The position numbers and the translations under genes were made by a program. 48,808 nt of DNA, taken from positions 74,891,839 through 74,940,646 of the forward strand of contig NC_068989.1 of assembly GCF_001194135.2 (NCBI RefSeq). The letters are read 5' to 3'. The notes beneath the pieces are model-generated. The model did not search any database. It was given only the letters and a program-made list of their open reading frames with translations, and had not been told where the DNA came from. Shown here piece after piece: positions 34,078-47,715 of this stretch (positions are counted from its first letter, which is position 1; the number at the start of each line of letters is the position of its first letter). This DNA is from Octopus bimaculoides. Taxonomy: Eukaryota.

Positions 34078-35650
34078 TGTCAACCAGTACGGAGAATGGT
34101 GTGTCAGTCGTTCTTATTTGGGGTTAAGTGTCAGTTACGTGTTATAGTCGAGTTCGAATTACAGTCACGGTAGACGATTCAAAATCGGTGTCTTGTAGAG
34201 CTATCAGCGATAGCACGATATACGAAGCGGTGTATTACCATTCCGGTGTATTACCATAGAAGAGATACACTCTATCCGATACCAAAAACATAGCGTGGCC
34301 ACTAGAGTAGACACAATACCTACAGTTACTACAGTGGGAACACATTATAACTGGAAAATACCAATTCATAACGGTGGCGACGAGGATATAAACAATTCAC
34401 ACGGGCGACGTTGATTTTTTTTTTTTTTTTCACGCGGAGGAATTTAAAAACAAATTCATGTGGAGAAATGAACAACCCGACAGAAGGGTAACAAATGTTT
34501 TGTTATGCACATTTTACGAAAAATCCGTACAATTATTGGAAAACTTGCTGGCCGTTTTAGTTGAGTTGTTAAAACAGCAATAACAACTCAAAGAATAATA
34601 AGAACAACAAATGTTACATCGTTAAAAGATAAGTTCATAAATGAAATAAAAAAAACTGTGGTCAACAAAAAAAAAAGAAAAACTTCAGTATGAAAAAACA
34701 CCAAGGCGTAAACATATATTCAACATGTGACGGTGTACTGATGTATGCCCAAATGGTAGTGATACCAGAGACACTACAAAAAAGAATATCGAAAGAATTT
34801 CATATTGGACATCCGGGGATCTCAAAGATAAAAGCGCTAAAGCGCAGTTATGTATATTGGCCGAAGACGGACAAGGAAATTGAAAACTTGGGAAAAAGGC
34901 TGCAGAGGATGTGCTCTGGCAGCGAAATTGCCTACAAAAAATAAGAGCTTTGGCCAGAAGTAAAAGTCCCATGGTCGATATTACACATCGATTCCGCGGG
35001 TCCGTTAAATGGTTATTACTACTTAGTTGTAATTGAGAGTTTTATAAAATGGCCTGAAATTATTAGGTGCAAAAGACCAACCTCCCCAACTGTAATAAAT
35101 TTTTTGCACGAATTATTCGCAAGATTTGGCATCCCAGGCGTGACTACGTCTGATAATGGAAAACAATTTGTGTCCAGTGAATTTAGAAAATTCCGTGAAA
35201 TGTTCATGGTAGAATATATAACGATAGCGCCTTACCATCTCAGATCAAATGGATAGGCAAAACGTTTGGTTGATACCTTTAAAAGAGCTTTAAGAAAAGT
35301 AAACAAGGACGTCACAAACGAAGTCGTTCTTCAAAAATTTTTAAGAGTGCACAGGGTGACACCGAACCCGAATACACCAGCAGGAATTTCACCAGCAGAA
35401 CTGATATTCGCGAGGAAGCTGAAATCAGTACTTGATAAACTGCCACCTGGCGAGGAAAGGAACAGTGCCAGAAAGGACATATCAAATTTTTTCAAAGTTG
35501 GTGATAAGGTTGTACGTGAGATTGTATAAAAACGGAAAACAGTACTGAGAAGACGAAATTACGAAGTACGTAGGAAAAATGATGTATGGGATAAAAAGCA
35601 AAAAAGTTATTGAAAAAGACACAGAAACCAATTAAAGAAGAGATTCATAG
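34078..35650 (+). mobile_element. Internally deleted Ty3/gypsy element: putative 5' LTR, PBS and integrase
   Basis: PBS TGGCGACGAGGAT at 34375-34387 (complementary to the tRNA-Ser(GCT) 3' end as I recall it). FHIGHPGISK..RSYVYWP (HHCC region), HIDSAGP, SDNGKQFVS, PYHLRSNG, VDTFKRAL, with frameshifts. Confidence 0.85.
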
Positions 35651-35874
35651 AAAATGAACCAAACAGATTAAAGGTACCTATGGCATGGCTATATGACACA
35701 TTCCAGGTCCCAACACTGTTACATAATACATACACTCGTCCCAAAGAAATATGGAAGGTATCAGGCCAGTTTATGTTCAGTAGCTGCATTCAAACACAGA
35801 GGATGCACACATACTGAATTTGTATAGATGTTATCAAAGTAATATTTTTTTCTATGAAATTTAAAATTTAAATA

Positions 35875-36075
35875 AGAGGTGGTATCAAAAAGTTTCCGGA
35901 CTAGTTCTGTAACGCGCCAGCAGATGGCAGCACACGTTAGCGTGTGCAGTGAGCGCTAACAGTGGCTTTCATTAGGCAGTGTGCAGAATGACGTGGATGT
36001 GCTTGTTTCTCAAGATGTGAAATTTGTGTTCTTGTGATCACGTGTATGCTGTAGTCTTCGATTTTGTCATGGAAT
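35875..36075 (+). mobile_element. 5' end of a mariner-like element
   Basis: TA followed by AGAGGTGGTATCAAAAAGTTTCCGGACT resembles mariner TIRs. No second TIR was found. Confidence 0.5.
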
Positions 36076-37049
36076 TGTGACAATAGTAAACGCAATTTTC
36101 CACGCAGACACATTTAACCGTCTTTCCAGCTTACACTTAGATTGTTTTTACTTCTTATTTATGAATATGTATTTTATTTTTACTTTTTTATTTTTAGTTT
36201 GGCGGAGTTTCGTATCAGGACGTCTACATAATTTGGATTTTTTTTTTTTTCCATTTTGACAGGGATTTTTTCCTTGGAAATGAGGAAGACCATCTTTTTA
36301 TGAGAAAACATTCTTGAAAATTTATGATTTTCTCCGCACGAACGCATTTTATGGAATAATGATGCGGAAGTAATACATGAGTAGTCCATTGCTGGGATTT
36401 AAGCAACAAAAAGGAAAAAAATTATAATTTAAATATTTTACAGTCCGTCCTTTCCCCCACCCCCACACTGAAACAAGCACGTCTGTGCAGCGTATGTGTG
36501 TGTGTATGTGTATGTGTGTATGTGTGTGTGTGCGCGTGTGTGTACATGTGTGTGTGTGTGCTTCTGTGTATGTGTATGTGTGTGTTTCGGCGGGGGTAAG
36601 AAAGAACATATTTACTAACAGAAAAGTATGCTACTAAACTAAATAATCTTTTACGTACCTTTTTTACATCATTGTGGATAAATTCTAGCAATCGCCTTCT
36701 CAGGCTCTCCAATATTTTAAAACTATAGACAGAAACAATGGGTGAGGAGAATAGAGTCGAACTTTTAAAATTGTATTTTTAATTGCATAAATGTGTTTTT
36801 GAAAGGGGTGGGATATTGAAAAACATCAATACTTGTCAGTCACAATGAAACGAGGAAGGTGATCGTGGGATGTGGTAGAAACAACAGCCAAATCTTTTCA
36901 TCTAAAAATATTTTCATTTTTTGTTTTTCTTTCCTTGAGAGGATTCTCCGAAGAGTGTATTGCAAAGCAGAATATGGCCCAAATCAGTCCGGAGTAGGAT
37001 GATGAGGGCGGAGGTGAAATGAAACCTAAGTTTCAAACAATTTTTTCAT

Positions 37050-38065
37050 AAAAATATTTGTGTGTGTGACCCGGGAGGGATTCCCGTTTCTGAACCAAAA
37101 TCGGTGCGTGACATGAATAATGATGCATCTTTCCAGGTGCATGTTACCAAGTTGGCGATAAAATGCAGACGCTTGGTCGGATGGACCCTTCGATCTTCAA
37201 AACAAGAGAAAAGAAAACCATGATGGTCCTCTAGAGCAGGGGTTTTCAAACTTTTTGACTTGCGGACCCCTTTATATTTCAGGCTTTACCTTAGGGACCC
37301 CCTTATAAACGCTTATGAAATTTATACATAAATATTTGCATAAAATAACATATATTTTTACATTTGTTTATCTAACAGTATTTACTAAATAGGTTTATTG
37401 GCAATTAAAAGATTTCGATTAAAAACCATATATAAAATCAAATTGCCCATAAAAAGTATTTGCTGTTCACGGACCCCCTGTCTTGTCCTTGCGGACCCCC
37501 TGTGGTCCGCGGACCACAGTTTGAAAACCACTGCTCTAGAGGACATTCGTTCTCAGCCGTCTGGGTTACTGCTCCCAACTGTAGACATCAAACAGTGCCA
37601 AATTAATGATGCAACCTGAGGCGATCCATCGAAGCTACACGAAAGTGATTGACACAATATGGCATATCAGCTATTAGGAGAAACTGAGAGTTAAGACTCT
37701 ACTCCCTGGAGTGAAGGCGAGAAAGATATGCAGTTATATACATCTGGAAAATCCTAGAAAAATTTGTGCAAAACTTTGGCATTGTCAGTTACATAAACAG
37801 TAGGACGGGGCGCTTCTGCATTGTACCAAGAATCCTAATATTGCCATCTGGATACAAAACCAGATACTGCAACATCTTGAACTTCAAGGCCCACAGTTCT
37901 TCAATATCCTCCCACAAAGCCTGAGAAAATCTACATGGCATCGATGTAGGCTTCTTCAAAACAAAACTGGATCTCCTGTCAAGAGTTCCGGATGAACCTA
38001 CCTCAAGACAAGAAACATAGATGAGGGTAGCAACGTCAAACTCACTCATCCACCAACTGTCACAC
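37050..38065 (+). mobile_element. CR1-like LINE 3' part, interrupted by a hAT MITE
   Basis: DMNNDASFQVHVTKLAIKCRRLVGW..., YIWKILEKF, FFKTKLDL.SRVPDEPTSRQ..NSLIHQL across frameshifts. Confidence 0.75.
37237..37533. mobile_element. hAT-type MITE (297 bp)
   Basis: TIRs CAGGGGTTTTCAAACT / AGTTTGAAAACCACTG. Perfect 8-bp TSD CTCTAGAG at 37229-37236 and 37534-37541. Confidence 0.92.
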
Positions 38066-38204
38066 ATTAGAGGTTTAGTGAAAGTGTAGCAATGTAAATG
38101 GCGGTTCTCCGGAATATCCACAGTCCTTGGACTGTATATTATATATATTATATATATATTACATAAATTATACATTATATATGTATATCATATATATTAT
38201 ATTA

Positions 38205-38240
<36 letters not shown>

Positions 38241-38309
38241 TGCATGCATGTATGTATGTATGTATGTACGTATGTATGTATGTATGCATGTATGTATGTA
38301 TATACAACA

Positions 38310-38460
38310 GTTTTCTCTCAGTTTCCGTTCGCCGAATCTGTTTGCCATCCACTTGTATGCTCAGGGCTATATTAGAAGACACTCAAAGAGCGACGCAATG
38401 GTACTGACCTAGGAACTATGTGGTTGAGAAGGAAACTTCTTATCACTCAACCATGCGCAT
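38310..38460 (-). mobile_element. 5' fragment of the SINE family seen at 39861-40260
   Basis: Reverse complement resembles its tRNA-like head and the GTGTCTTCTA..ATAG core. Confidence 0.55.
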
Positions 38461-39860
38461 CTATATATGTATTCATATGTGTGTTTGACGTTTAGCGTTG
38501 TTGATGCAACAGGATTCACATTACAAAGAGTTGTCAAGAAATGGAATAATCGTTTCAAAATAACACAAATACAACGATTTAACAATGATATTAGATACTA
38601 CTAGCTGTCAGCTTTTCCCGCTTATTTCTCGTAACTTCTTTTCTGCAGGACCGTGAGAAGAACATGGTTTAGTCAAATAAAATCAACATTATCAAAGATT
38701 TAAAAACGAAAAAGAATGCAAGTCCCTTGTGCAAATGAAACTTTCATTGGAGAATTTTGCAATAAGAAAAACTCCCATTGAACACAATACTTGCTAAACA
38801 GACATCGATAAACAATACAGAAATTCCAAATATATAATGAGACATACCTGCAACTATGAATAATATAAACTTCGAATACACATGGTTGTCTAATAGCATG
38901 AAATAGCAAAGCTGCCGAGAAATGGTAAAACTACTACAGTACTGAATTATAGATATAGCCTAGCAATGATTGGTCAATGAATATGACGATACTACCTTTA
39001 TGCTTTTAAAACAATACTTGGTAGAAAGACACAAATTTATATATTTATATTTAGAAGTCATGGTTGTGTGATTCAGAAGCTCACTTTCCAATCATGTTGA
39101 TTTGTGTTCAGCCCACTGGCGGCATCTTAGGCACATACCTTGTGAATAAATTTGATAATCTTTGAAATTCTGTTGTATATATAATTATATATATATATAT
39201 ATATATATACAATTAAACCTTGGGAGAGGCATTATGCCGGTAATGTATTTCTTTCAACACACGTATCCACATCAAGAATCTTGCACACGAAATACACATA
39301 CGAAATATATATATATATATATGCTTGTGACCATCGTCCATCTTTCTTTTCCTCACGTAATCATCTTTTTTTTTCTTCAGTGCTGTCGTACAGACTGCAC
39401 ATATTCCTATCTATCTCCTTTTCTATCTTTTCTCTGGTCAACGACAGTATTTTTCCAGCGTTCACTACTCTACCTCGTTTGGTCTATAGACCCTCCATGT
39501 TTGTATTCGTTCGGTTTCATTGTATGTCTCCACTGTCCTGTTTTTGTTACCAACTTTGACCCTCCGCAAATCCTAAATTTCATTTTGATTCGCGGGAGCA
39601 ACAGCTTTCAAAGTCTTATATTGTCGTCCAATGCTCGAAATAAGGAGTAAAAGGACAGCCGGCAACTGATGAAGGGTCGTTTTTATGTTACTTGTCTTGT
39701 TTTCCATTTGTTGCTCTCGTTGTTTGCACATCCAACTTTATTTTCGTATTTCATGTTGTTTACGTTTTGCGATGTCCTGTACCCATATATGCGTATTTAT
39801 ATACATATATGTATGTACACATGCATATATATATATTATTTATATTATTATTTGATTGAA

Positions 39861-40260
39861 CGCCACGCACCCGGCTGTGTGGTAAGTAGCTTGCTTACCA
39901 ACCACATGGTCCCAGGTCCAGTCCCACTTCGTGGTACCATGGGCAAGTGTCTTCTACTATAGTCTCGAGCCGACAAAAGCCTTGTGAGTGGATTTTGTAG
40001 ACGGAAACTGGAAGAAGCCCGTTGCATATGTATTTATATATGTATATGTGTGTGTGTCTGTGTTTGTTCCCGCCGACATCGCTTGACAACCGATGTTGAT
40101 GTGTTTACGTCCCCGTAACTTAGCGGTTCGGCAAAAGAGACTGATAGAATAAGTACTAGGCTCACAAAGAATAAGCTCTGGGGTCGGTTTGCTCGACTAA
40201 CGGCGATGCTCCAGCATGACCGCAGTCAAATGACTGAAACAAGTAAAAGAATAAAAGAGT
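39861..40260 (+). mobile_element. tRNA-derived SINE (third family)
   Basis: GTGTGGTAAGTAGCTTGCTTACCAACCAC head, GGGCAAGTGTCTTCTACTATAG core, internal (TG)n, AAAAGAATAAAAGA tail. Confidence 0.8.
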
Positions 40261-41199
40261 AATATATATATATTTAATATATCTAATTTGTTTATCTGTA
40301 TAATTACGTTTATATCTGCTCAACCTGCCCCTCTTATAGCCATACTTTACTCACGCAGAATTGACCCCCTGTAAAGACAATGGAGTTTAATTTCGAATCA
40401 TTTCAGCACTACTAAGTTTCTTCTATACTGAGAATCTCTGGATCTCATCTGTTGGCTATATATNNNNNNNNNNNNNNNNNNNNNNNNNNNNNNNNNNNNN
40501 NNNNNNNNNNNNNNNNNNNNNNNNNNNNNNNNNNNNNNNNNNNNNNNNNNNNNNNNNNNNNNNNNNNNNNNNNNNNNNNNNNNNNNNNNNNNNNNNNNNN
40601 NNNNNNNNNNNNNNNNNNNNNNNNNNNNNNNNNNNNNNNNNNNNNNNNNNNNNNNNNNNNNNNNNNNNNNNNNNNNNNNNNNNNNNNNNNNNNNNNNNNN
40701 NNNNNNNNNNNNNNNNNNNNNNNNNNNNNNNNNNNNNATATATGTCTCTTAAAAGATAGAGCTCAAAATCAATGCATTGAAGATACTTTATTGCAGCAAC
40801 AATTATAATAACAGAAACAACCACAATAAGCCAAACCTATGCACGTTTCAATAGGGTATCCCGGATAAATAAACCACATCATAAGATGTCTCGTAAAATA
40901 TTGTTACATATTACAACATATTACAAATTGCTGGATACTCCATCTCTTCAGGGTCGCATTATTGCCATCACCAATACTACTATTATTAGCAAAATACACA
41001 CATCATCCGAGAGGGTGAAAGAATAATCGACGGTACGCAACCTACCATCGCTATTTTCTTTCAGAATGTAAACAAACAAATCAATTCAAATCCAGTGACG
41101 TACACCGCCCGGTTTACAGCGTAAAAATCCCTTGCCAAAAATTTATCCACCATGTACATCAAGATTTCCTAATGGATCTTTCTATAATCATAATATATT

Positions 41200-41989
41200 A
41201 ATTAATTATACCCGCCCGTGCACACGCACACACACACCCACTCACACACCCACACACACACACCCCACACACACACATACACATATATACCTATACTTAC
41301 ATACACACACCCATATATATCTAAATGTATTTTTTTAATATATAACTATATACACACAAACACATATATACATGCACATATGCATGCATATACATATACA
41401 CACATACATATACACATACATATACACCCACATATAAACACACACATACAGATATACGTATATATACTCACATACACACATACGTGCATACATACATACA
41501 TACATATAGCTATACCTCCATATATACACATATATATACACCCATACATATGCACATACACACATACAAACTTATATATGTATACATGTTTACATGTACA
41601 CACATACACATACATCTACATACACACACATACATATATATATACACATATATATGCATATACGTACACATACATATAAATGTACACACATACATACAAC
41701 CATAACACACATTCACATACCTACAAACACATATACACACATATACACATATATACACACAAGCAAACATAACCATACAAAAATAAACACATATACACAT
41801 CCACACATACACACATATATATAAAAAAAAGTTACATATATATATAAATAAATATATAAATAAATAAAAACCCATATATACATATACATATACACATACA
41901 TATACACACATACATATATACACATACACACACATACACATACATATATATATATACCCACCCACATACACATACATATACAAATACAT

Positions 41990-42032
<43 letters not shown>

Positions 42033-42130
42033 CACACACACATATACATATATACATATATACACACATACACTCTCGCCTGTCTCCACATGTGTACCTA
42101 CACCCAAATACATATACACTCATATATTTG
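41200..42130. repeat. Compound (CA)/(TA)/(TACA) microsatellite
   Basis: Direct inspection. It explains the many H/T/Y/I-rich spurious ORFs here. Confidence 0.95.
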
Positions 42131-42716
42131 CGCCACAGACCTAATTCCAGTAAGATATATAGAGATGAATATACCTATTCCTTAATTGCGAACTTGTGCC
42201 TATACACATTCCGGTAATTCCTATTTATAAAATGCATACGTATGCCTATACATATGTAGACATCTGTAAACTTTAAACGTTATTTTATTAACTAGGTGAC
42301 CCTTGGAAAAAAGTATGGAAAATAATTTCAAGTTATATAATGTGCCGTTCCGTGTGAGAAAATTCAACAATAAAAGTACTCCATCTGCTGAGAGGTAAAT
42401 ATTATTTATTTAAAGGACACAATATGTCGTTAAGTGATACTAATAGTTTCATATGAGAAATATCTCAAACATATTCATATGGCAGAAACCACATATCATA
42501 AGGAACTAAAAAATTCGAATAAGAGACGAAACGCGAAAAAACTGAGAAGACAGCATATAGGAAACGCAGATAGTTAAAAAAAAAACGGAAAACGGAAAAC
42601 GAAAATACAAAACTAAAATCTAGAGTAAAAAGTAAAAATAGTAAAAGAGTTATCGTCCTTAAACCTTAAATTACAAGGCTGGAAAGATATTAAGTTAATC
42701 AGGTAGAATTTTCTTC

Positions 42717-42751
<35 letters not shown>

Positions 42752-42809
42752 TAGTTTCAGCCCTCAGCTGTTGCCATGCCGTAGCAATCGCCGTTTTGCT
42801 ACACTTTTA

Positions 42810-43100
42810 CTACTGAGATCTCCCTTTAATATATCGCACTTGGTGTAGAAATGAGTTTGATATAGCTACCCTCATTTTCACGTCTTGCCGTGAGGTATGT
42901 TCATCTGGGACACTCGACAGGAAGAGGTCCAGCCTTGATTTGGAAACGCCTACATCTACTTTGTGGAGATTCCTCAAGCTCTTTCGGAGAATGTTAAAAA
43001 GCTGTGGGCCCCTGAATATCTCGAAGCAAACGCAAAAAGCTACGAATAATAATATAAATACCGCATTGAATATTAGCATGAAACACCACACACGCTATTA
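42810..43100 (-). mobile_element. CR1-like LINE 3' end
   Basis: GPQLFNIL..LRNLHKVDVGVSKSRLDLFLSSVPDEHTSRQ, the same family as 37900-38065. Confidence 0.75.
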
Positions 43101-43341
43101 CTTTGTATGTGCTTCGAGATTTTCCAAAAATATATATCTAAGAATTACATGTGTGTGTGAGAGAGGGTGCAAACGTATTTATGTATGTGTATGTCTTTGT
43201 ATTTCTGTTTGTCGACCACCACCACTTGGTATTTGGTTGTAGTTTGTTTAAATCCCCATTACTTAACAGTTTGGCACAAGAGACACATAAAATAAGTAGC
43301 AGACTTAAATCACGTACTAGGGTCCATTTGTCCGACTAAGC

Positions 43342-43831
43342 CAGAGGTCGCCAAAGGGGGCCCGATGAACCCCGTAGGGGTCGGCGAGTAATTAAAGGAG
43401 GTTGCTGATAGCCAAGTTGTCGAATGGGGGTCGGTGTGAGAAAGACCAGCTCACTCAGATGAACTATTTGAAATACTTAGTCACAGCCATGATGTTGTCA
43501 ATTTCAATAAAGGATATTCTTGTAATATAATGTATTTTTCACATTTTCTAACTGTGAGAGCATTTTCATAACAATTGATAGTTTAATACAGTATACTAGT
43601 ATACGTAGTTTAAAATATAAAAAGTGTGTCATCTTCAATAGAATTTCTTAATTTGTCGTACATGTATATTTTAGCTAACATTTTAATTTCCAGTATCAGT
43701 ATCTGGTACATATTTAAGATATGGTAGGGTGGGGTGGGATAGGATATTAAGATATTTTAAATGAGGAGGGTAATCGATGCGGAAGAAGTAATTAAAGGGG
43801 TTCGATGGTCGAAAACATTTGGCGACCTCTA
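43342..43831. mobile_element. hAT-type MITE (490 bp) nested in a SINE fragment (~43240-43900)
   Basis: TIRs CAGAGGTCGCCAAA / TTTGGCGACCTCTA. Flanks GACTAAGC / AACTAAAC (6/8). SINE 3' sequence continues on both sides. Confidence 0.75.
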
Positions 43832-44006
43832 AACTAAACCTTTCAAAGCGTTGCTCCTGCATAGTCGCTGTCCCTTAACTGAAACAAGTAGTAGTGTGAA
43901 CGTATGGATAAGAACCTTTAGCATCTTCAAATGCAGTCGCTGTATGTAAGATTGCCACTCCCGTGTGACCTTCGCAGCCTCAGCAGATGCGACACCGCCA
44001 TCAGCA

Positions 44007-44086
44007 GGTCTTTCGAGACTATATCAGACACCATGGAAATGGATATCCACATCCATATCCATGGTGTCTGTCGGTCTCGAAAGGCC
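44007..44086. other. 80-nt fold-back hairpin
   Basis: CTTTCGAGAC/GTCTCGAAAG (10 bp), CAGACACCATGGA/TCCATGGTGTCTG (13 bp), ATGGAT/ATCCAT (6 bp), 6-nt loop. Confidence 0.8.
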
Positions 44087-44103
44087 GTGTATTTGCGCCT
44101 GGA

Positions 44104-44154
<51 letters not shown>

Positions 44155-44599
44155 ACCATAGTGAGAGACATATACATACATAAGAAGTGTGTGTGGAAGA
44201 CAAGAGGGGGAAAGGGAGAGACGATGCAAACACAAAGACCAAAATATCAAATCGATATTGGGACTAACCGATTACCATAGGGAAATATGAAATGCTCAGT
44301 ATGAAGGATAGATTGATATTACTATTCAGTAATATTTACAAAGTTCAAAATGTTAGCAGCTTCTGCTAAAGTAATTAGTTTTATTCATAGTTAAGTGGGA
44401 TCCGAACATTTATTAATAAGACAAAAACTTTTCTCCCTTTCTTAAACTGCTTGGAACCTTATCTTCAACTATAACAATACTCTTGTGTTTTTCTCCATCA
44501 CAACATATGAATGAGAAAAGAAGGGGTGATGGAAACTGGTAGTGGGAGCGTTTCAACCCTGAGTAAATGTGTATGTAAAAGGGAGGTGTGTGAATGTGT

Positions 44600-44639
<40 letters not shown>

Positions 44640-45279
44640 ATGTGTGTGTGTTTGTGGAATGGAAGTGGGATGGTGAACATTCAACGCTGAAAAGAAAAAT
44701 CAAACAACGTTTCAACTCTATGTGAGTATATGTGTGTATGTGTGTGCGTATACAAAGGAACTATGTGAATGTTTGTATGTGTGAACCAGCGTTCTTTTAG
44801 TTGCAAACGATGATCTATGTCACATCTCAAAAGACAACCACAAGATAACATTGACAAGTGTATTAATTTGATTTACCATCCATATTTATATATAAAATAC
44901 TACAATTAACCGTCATTTTTGACGGCACGGGGCCAGTTAGTTTTATATATTTGCGATCCAAAAAAAGGCACATCGGCTTCTCCTGATTGAACTTTCTCAA
45001 TAAGATTAACAAAGCATCTAAACCAAACTCCATATTCGCCGTTTTAATATTTTTTTTTCACATATGAATAAATCACTGGTAATTCAAACTTACAACATAT
45101 CTCAAAATACAACCTCAAATTCTCATAACCATCAATCTATTTTAAAATGTTTCAAAATGGATATTTTCTTTTATTCTTGATGGTTCCACTACCGTTTTCA
45201 AATCCTACATCATAGACAGCAGTAATCGACAATAAAATGGATCCTCACAAAAGTCCATCCTTTGAGGATTTATTGTGGT

Positions 45280-45950
45280 TTACAGTCTACCAGAGTTTAC
45301 AACTTACGTTCAGTTTTGTGTCCTTACAATCGCATACATTACACATTTAAACGACATTATTCGTATCTCCAGAACTGCTATTCTTCTGACATGATTAATA
45401 ATGCTAGTTATGATCACAAAAATCCTTTCTATCAACAGTTGTATAAATATTGATTTTAAATTTTAGTACAATACTAGCAATTTCGGGGCAGAAGTAAGTC
45501 GACTACATAAACCCTAGTGATCCACTGGTACTTATAATGTAATTTATAAATGCACTGTCCTTGTCACATTACACAATTCTACAGCCATATATATAGGATC
45601 AACTATAATTTTAAACAAAGATATGCCACTCACCTCCATTCTTTTAGATACGATAAAAATAATAAATCTACAACACTCGCCAGTCACATACATCATCTCA
45701 AAAGTACAAATATACCCCATACTTTGTCATGGTCTATATGATTTAGAGTTTCCATACCAATGTCAACGCTCAACCTGCAAGCTTTGCCTGAAGGAGGCAC
45801 TCCACATATTTAAGCACAACTCTTTAATACTACTAAATAAATATAATGAAGCCCTTAGCACATGCAACCACCGCTTTTTTCATACCTTCAAATTCCACCA
45901 CAAATCTAAATGCCTATATAATCACACAATATATTTCCACAACATCCCGT
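45280..45950 (+). mobile_element. Penelope-like element remnant (GIY-YIG endonuclease C-terminus)
   Basis: FKQRYATHLHSFRY...STTLASHIHHLK....LSWSI and CKLCLKEALHI....LLNKYNEALSTCNH resemble the PLE endonuclease C-terminal block. Frameshifted. Confidence 0.7.
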
Positions 45951-46041
45951 AGGTAATCCCCAGCAACCTTATGAATTTCCATTTAAATTCTAATCCTTAT
46001 CTAACTCCCCCATACTTACTTTAGGATCACAATCATTTAAT

Positions 46042-46086
<45 letters not shown>

Positions 46087-47247
46087 NNNNNNNNNNNNNN
46101 NNNNNNNNNNNNNNNNNNNNNNNNNNNNNNNNNNNNNNNNNNNNNNNNNNNNNNNNNNNNNNNNNNNNNNNNNNNNNNNNNNNNNNNNNNNNNNNNNNNN
46201 NNNNNNNNNNNNNNNNNNNNNNNNNNNNNNNNNNNNNNNNNNNNNNNNNNNNNNNNNNNNNNNNNNNNNNNNNNNNNNNTATATATATATATATGTATGT
46301 ATATATATATATATATATATATACGGGTGTATGTGTGTGTATACATATATGAGCATACAAACGGGTACATGTGAGTATGTATGAGTTTATGTATAGATAT
46401 TTATATAAGAATAGGTTTGTATGTGGGTATATGTAATTATATATATGTACACATACGTGCTTGTGTATGTGTGTGTGTGCACATATTCGTGTGAACATGC
46501 ATGAGTTTGTATGCATATGTTTGTGTGGAAGTATGTATACGTCTATATATATGTGTGGGTATGTATGTGTCTATACATATTCACAGATATACATTCTTTC
46601 TTTTCCTACTTATCACTACCCATCACACATGTCTATAGTAACTTGACTTATATTCTTCATTCCACCTCAATTTTTACTACCAAACCTAATACCCACTTAC
46701 ACATCACCCTACCCTTACCTTCTCTCAACCTTTTCTATACCCATGCCTTAATGCAGATCTATCACACCACCCCGGCTCACATACCTCACACTCTTTTACT
46801 CCTTACCCTCTCATCTCTTCCTCTTTCTCCCCCTCAACTCTCCCTTCCTCCTATCACTTTATCCTGACCACTAGCTAAAGCACCCTCTCTCATTTCATTT
46901 CGTTCCCACTTCATTTCTTTTTTGTTTCCTTCCCTCTTTCTTTTTTCTTTTTCCTCCCATTCTCCTCCTGTTTTCGATTTGACCTATCTCCTCTTTCTAA
47001 TCATACACATCTCTCCACGTTCCTAAATTTTAATTCACACCAAAAATTCCCCCTCGATCGAACAACACTATTTACAAGGCTCTATGCTTGGAATGACCAA
47101 ATATAACTACCATTGGAACTCACACCATTCTACTTGAACTGTAAATACAATATCTTTATGTGTCTCACTTCTATTTTCGTTCTACTACTTCCCTCTGTAT
47201 TTCATATCTTCTCTACAATAATTAATACTCAAACATTTTCTCGCACC

Positions 47248-47295
47248 GTCTCTGATGAAGGAATATATAAAATATCCCGGAAACAGCTGTAAGAT
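47248..47295 (+). ncRNA. Minimal type-I hammerhead ribozyme motif (Penelope-like)
   Basis: Helix I GTCT/AGAT, core CTGATGA (47252-47258), helix II GG.ATAT/ATAT.CC, GAAA (47280-47283), palindromic helix III ACAGCTGT, cleavage triplet GUA. Confidence 0.65.
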
Positions 47296-47671
47296 CTTTT
47301 CTTTATAAATGTTCTGAAAACTACTTACAGCCTTNNNNNNNNNNNNNNNNNNNNNNNNNNNNNNNNNNNNNNNNNNNNNNNNNNNNNNNNNNNNNNNNNN
47401 NNNNNNNNNNNNNNNNNNNNNNNNNNNNNNNNNNNNNNNNNNNNNNNNNNNNNNNNNNNNNNNNNNNNNNNNNNNNNNNNNNNNNNNNNNNNNNNNNNNN
47501 NNNNNNNNNNNNNNNNNNNNNNNNNNNNNNNNNNNNNNNNNNNNNNNNNNNNNNNNNNNNNNNNNNNNNNNNNNNNNNNNNNNNNNNNNNNNNNNNNNNN
47601 NNNNNNNNNNNNNNNNNNNNNNNNNNNNNNNNNNNNNNNNNNNNNNNNNNNNNNNNNNNNNNNNNNNNNNN

Positions 47672-47715
<44 letters not shown>

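Larger units (their letters stand above)
6281..47671. other. Assembly gaps (N runs)
   Basis: Approximately 6281-6541, 7075-7971, 8746-9583, 15164-15808, 27692-27831, 28649-28658, 32815-33046, 40464-40738, 46087-46279, 47335-47671. Most abut microsatellites. Confidence 0.97.
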
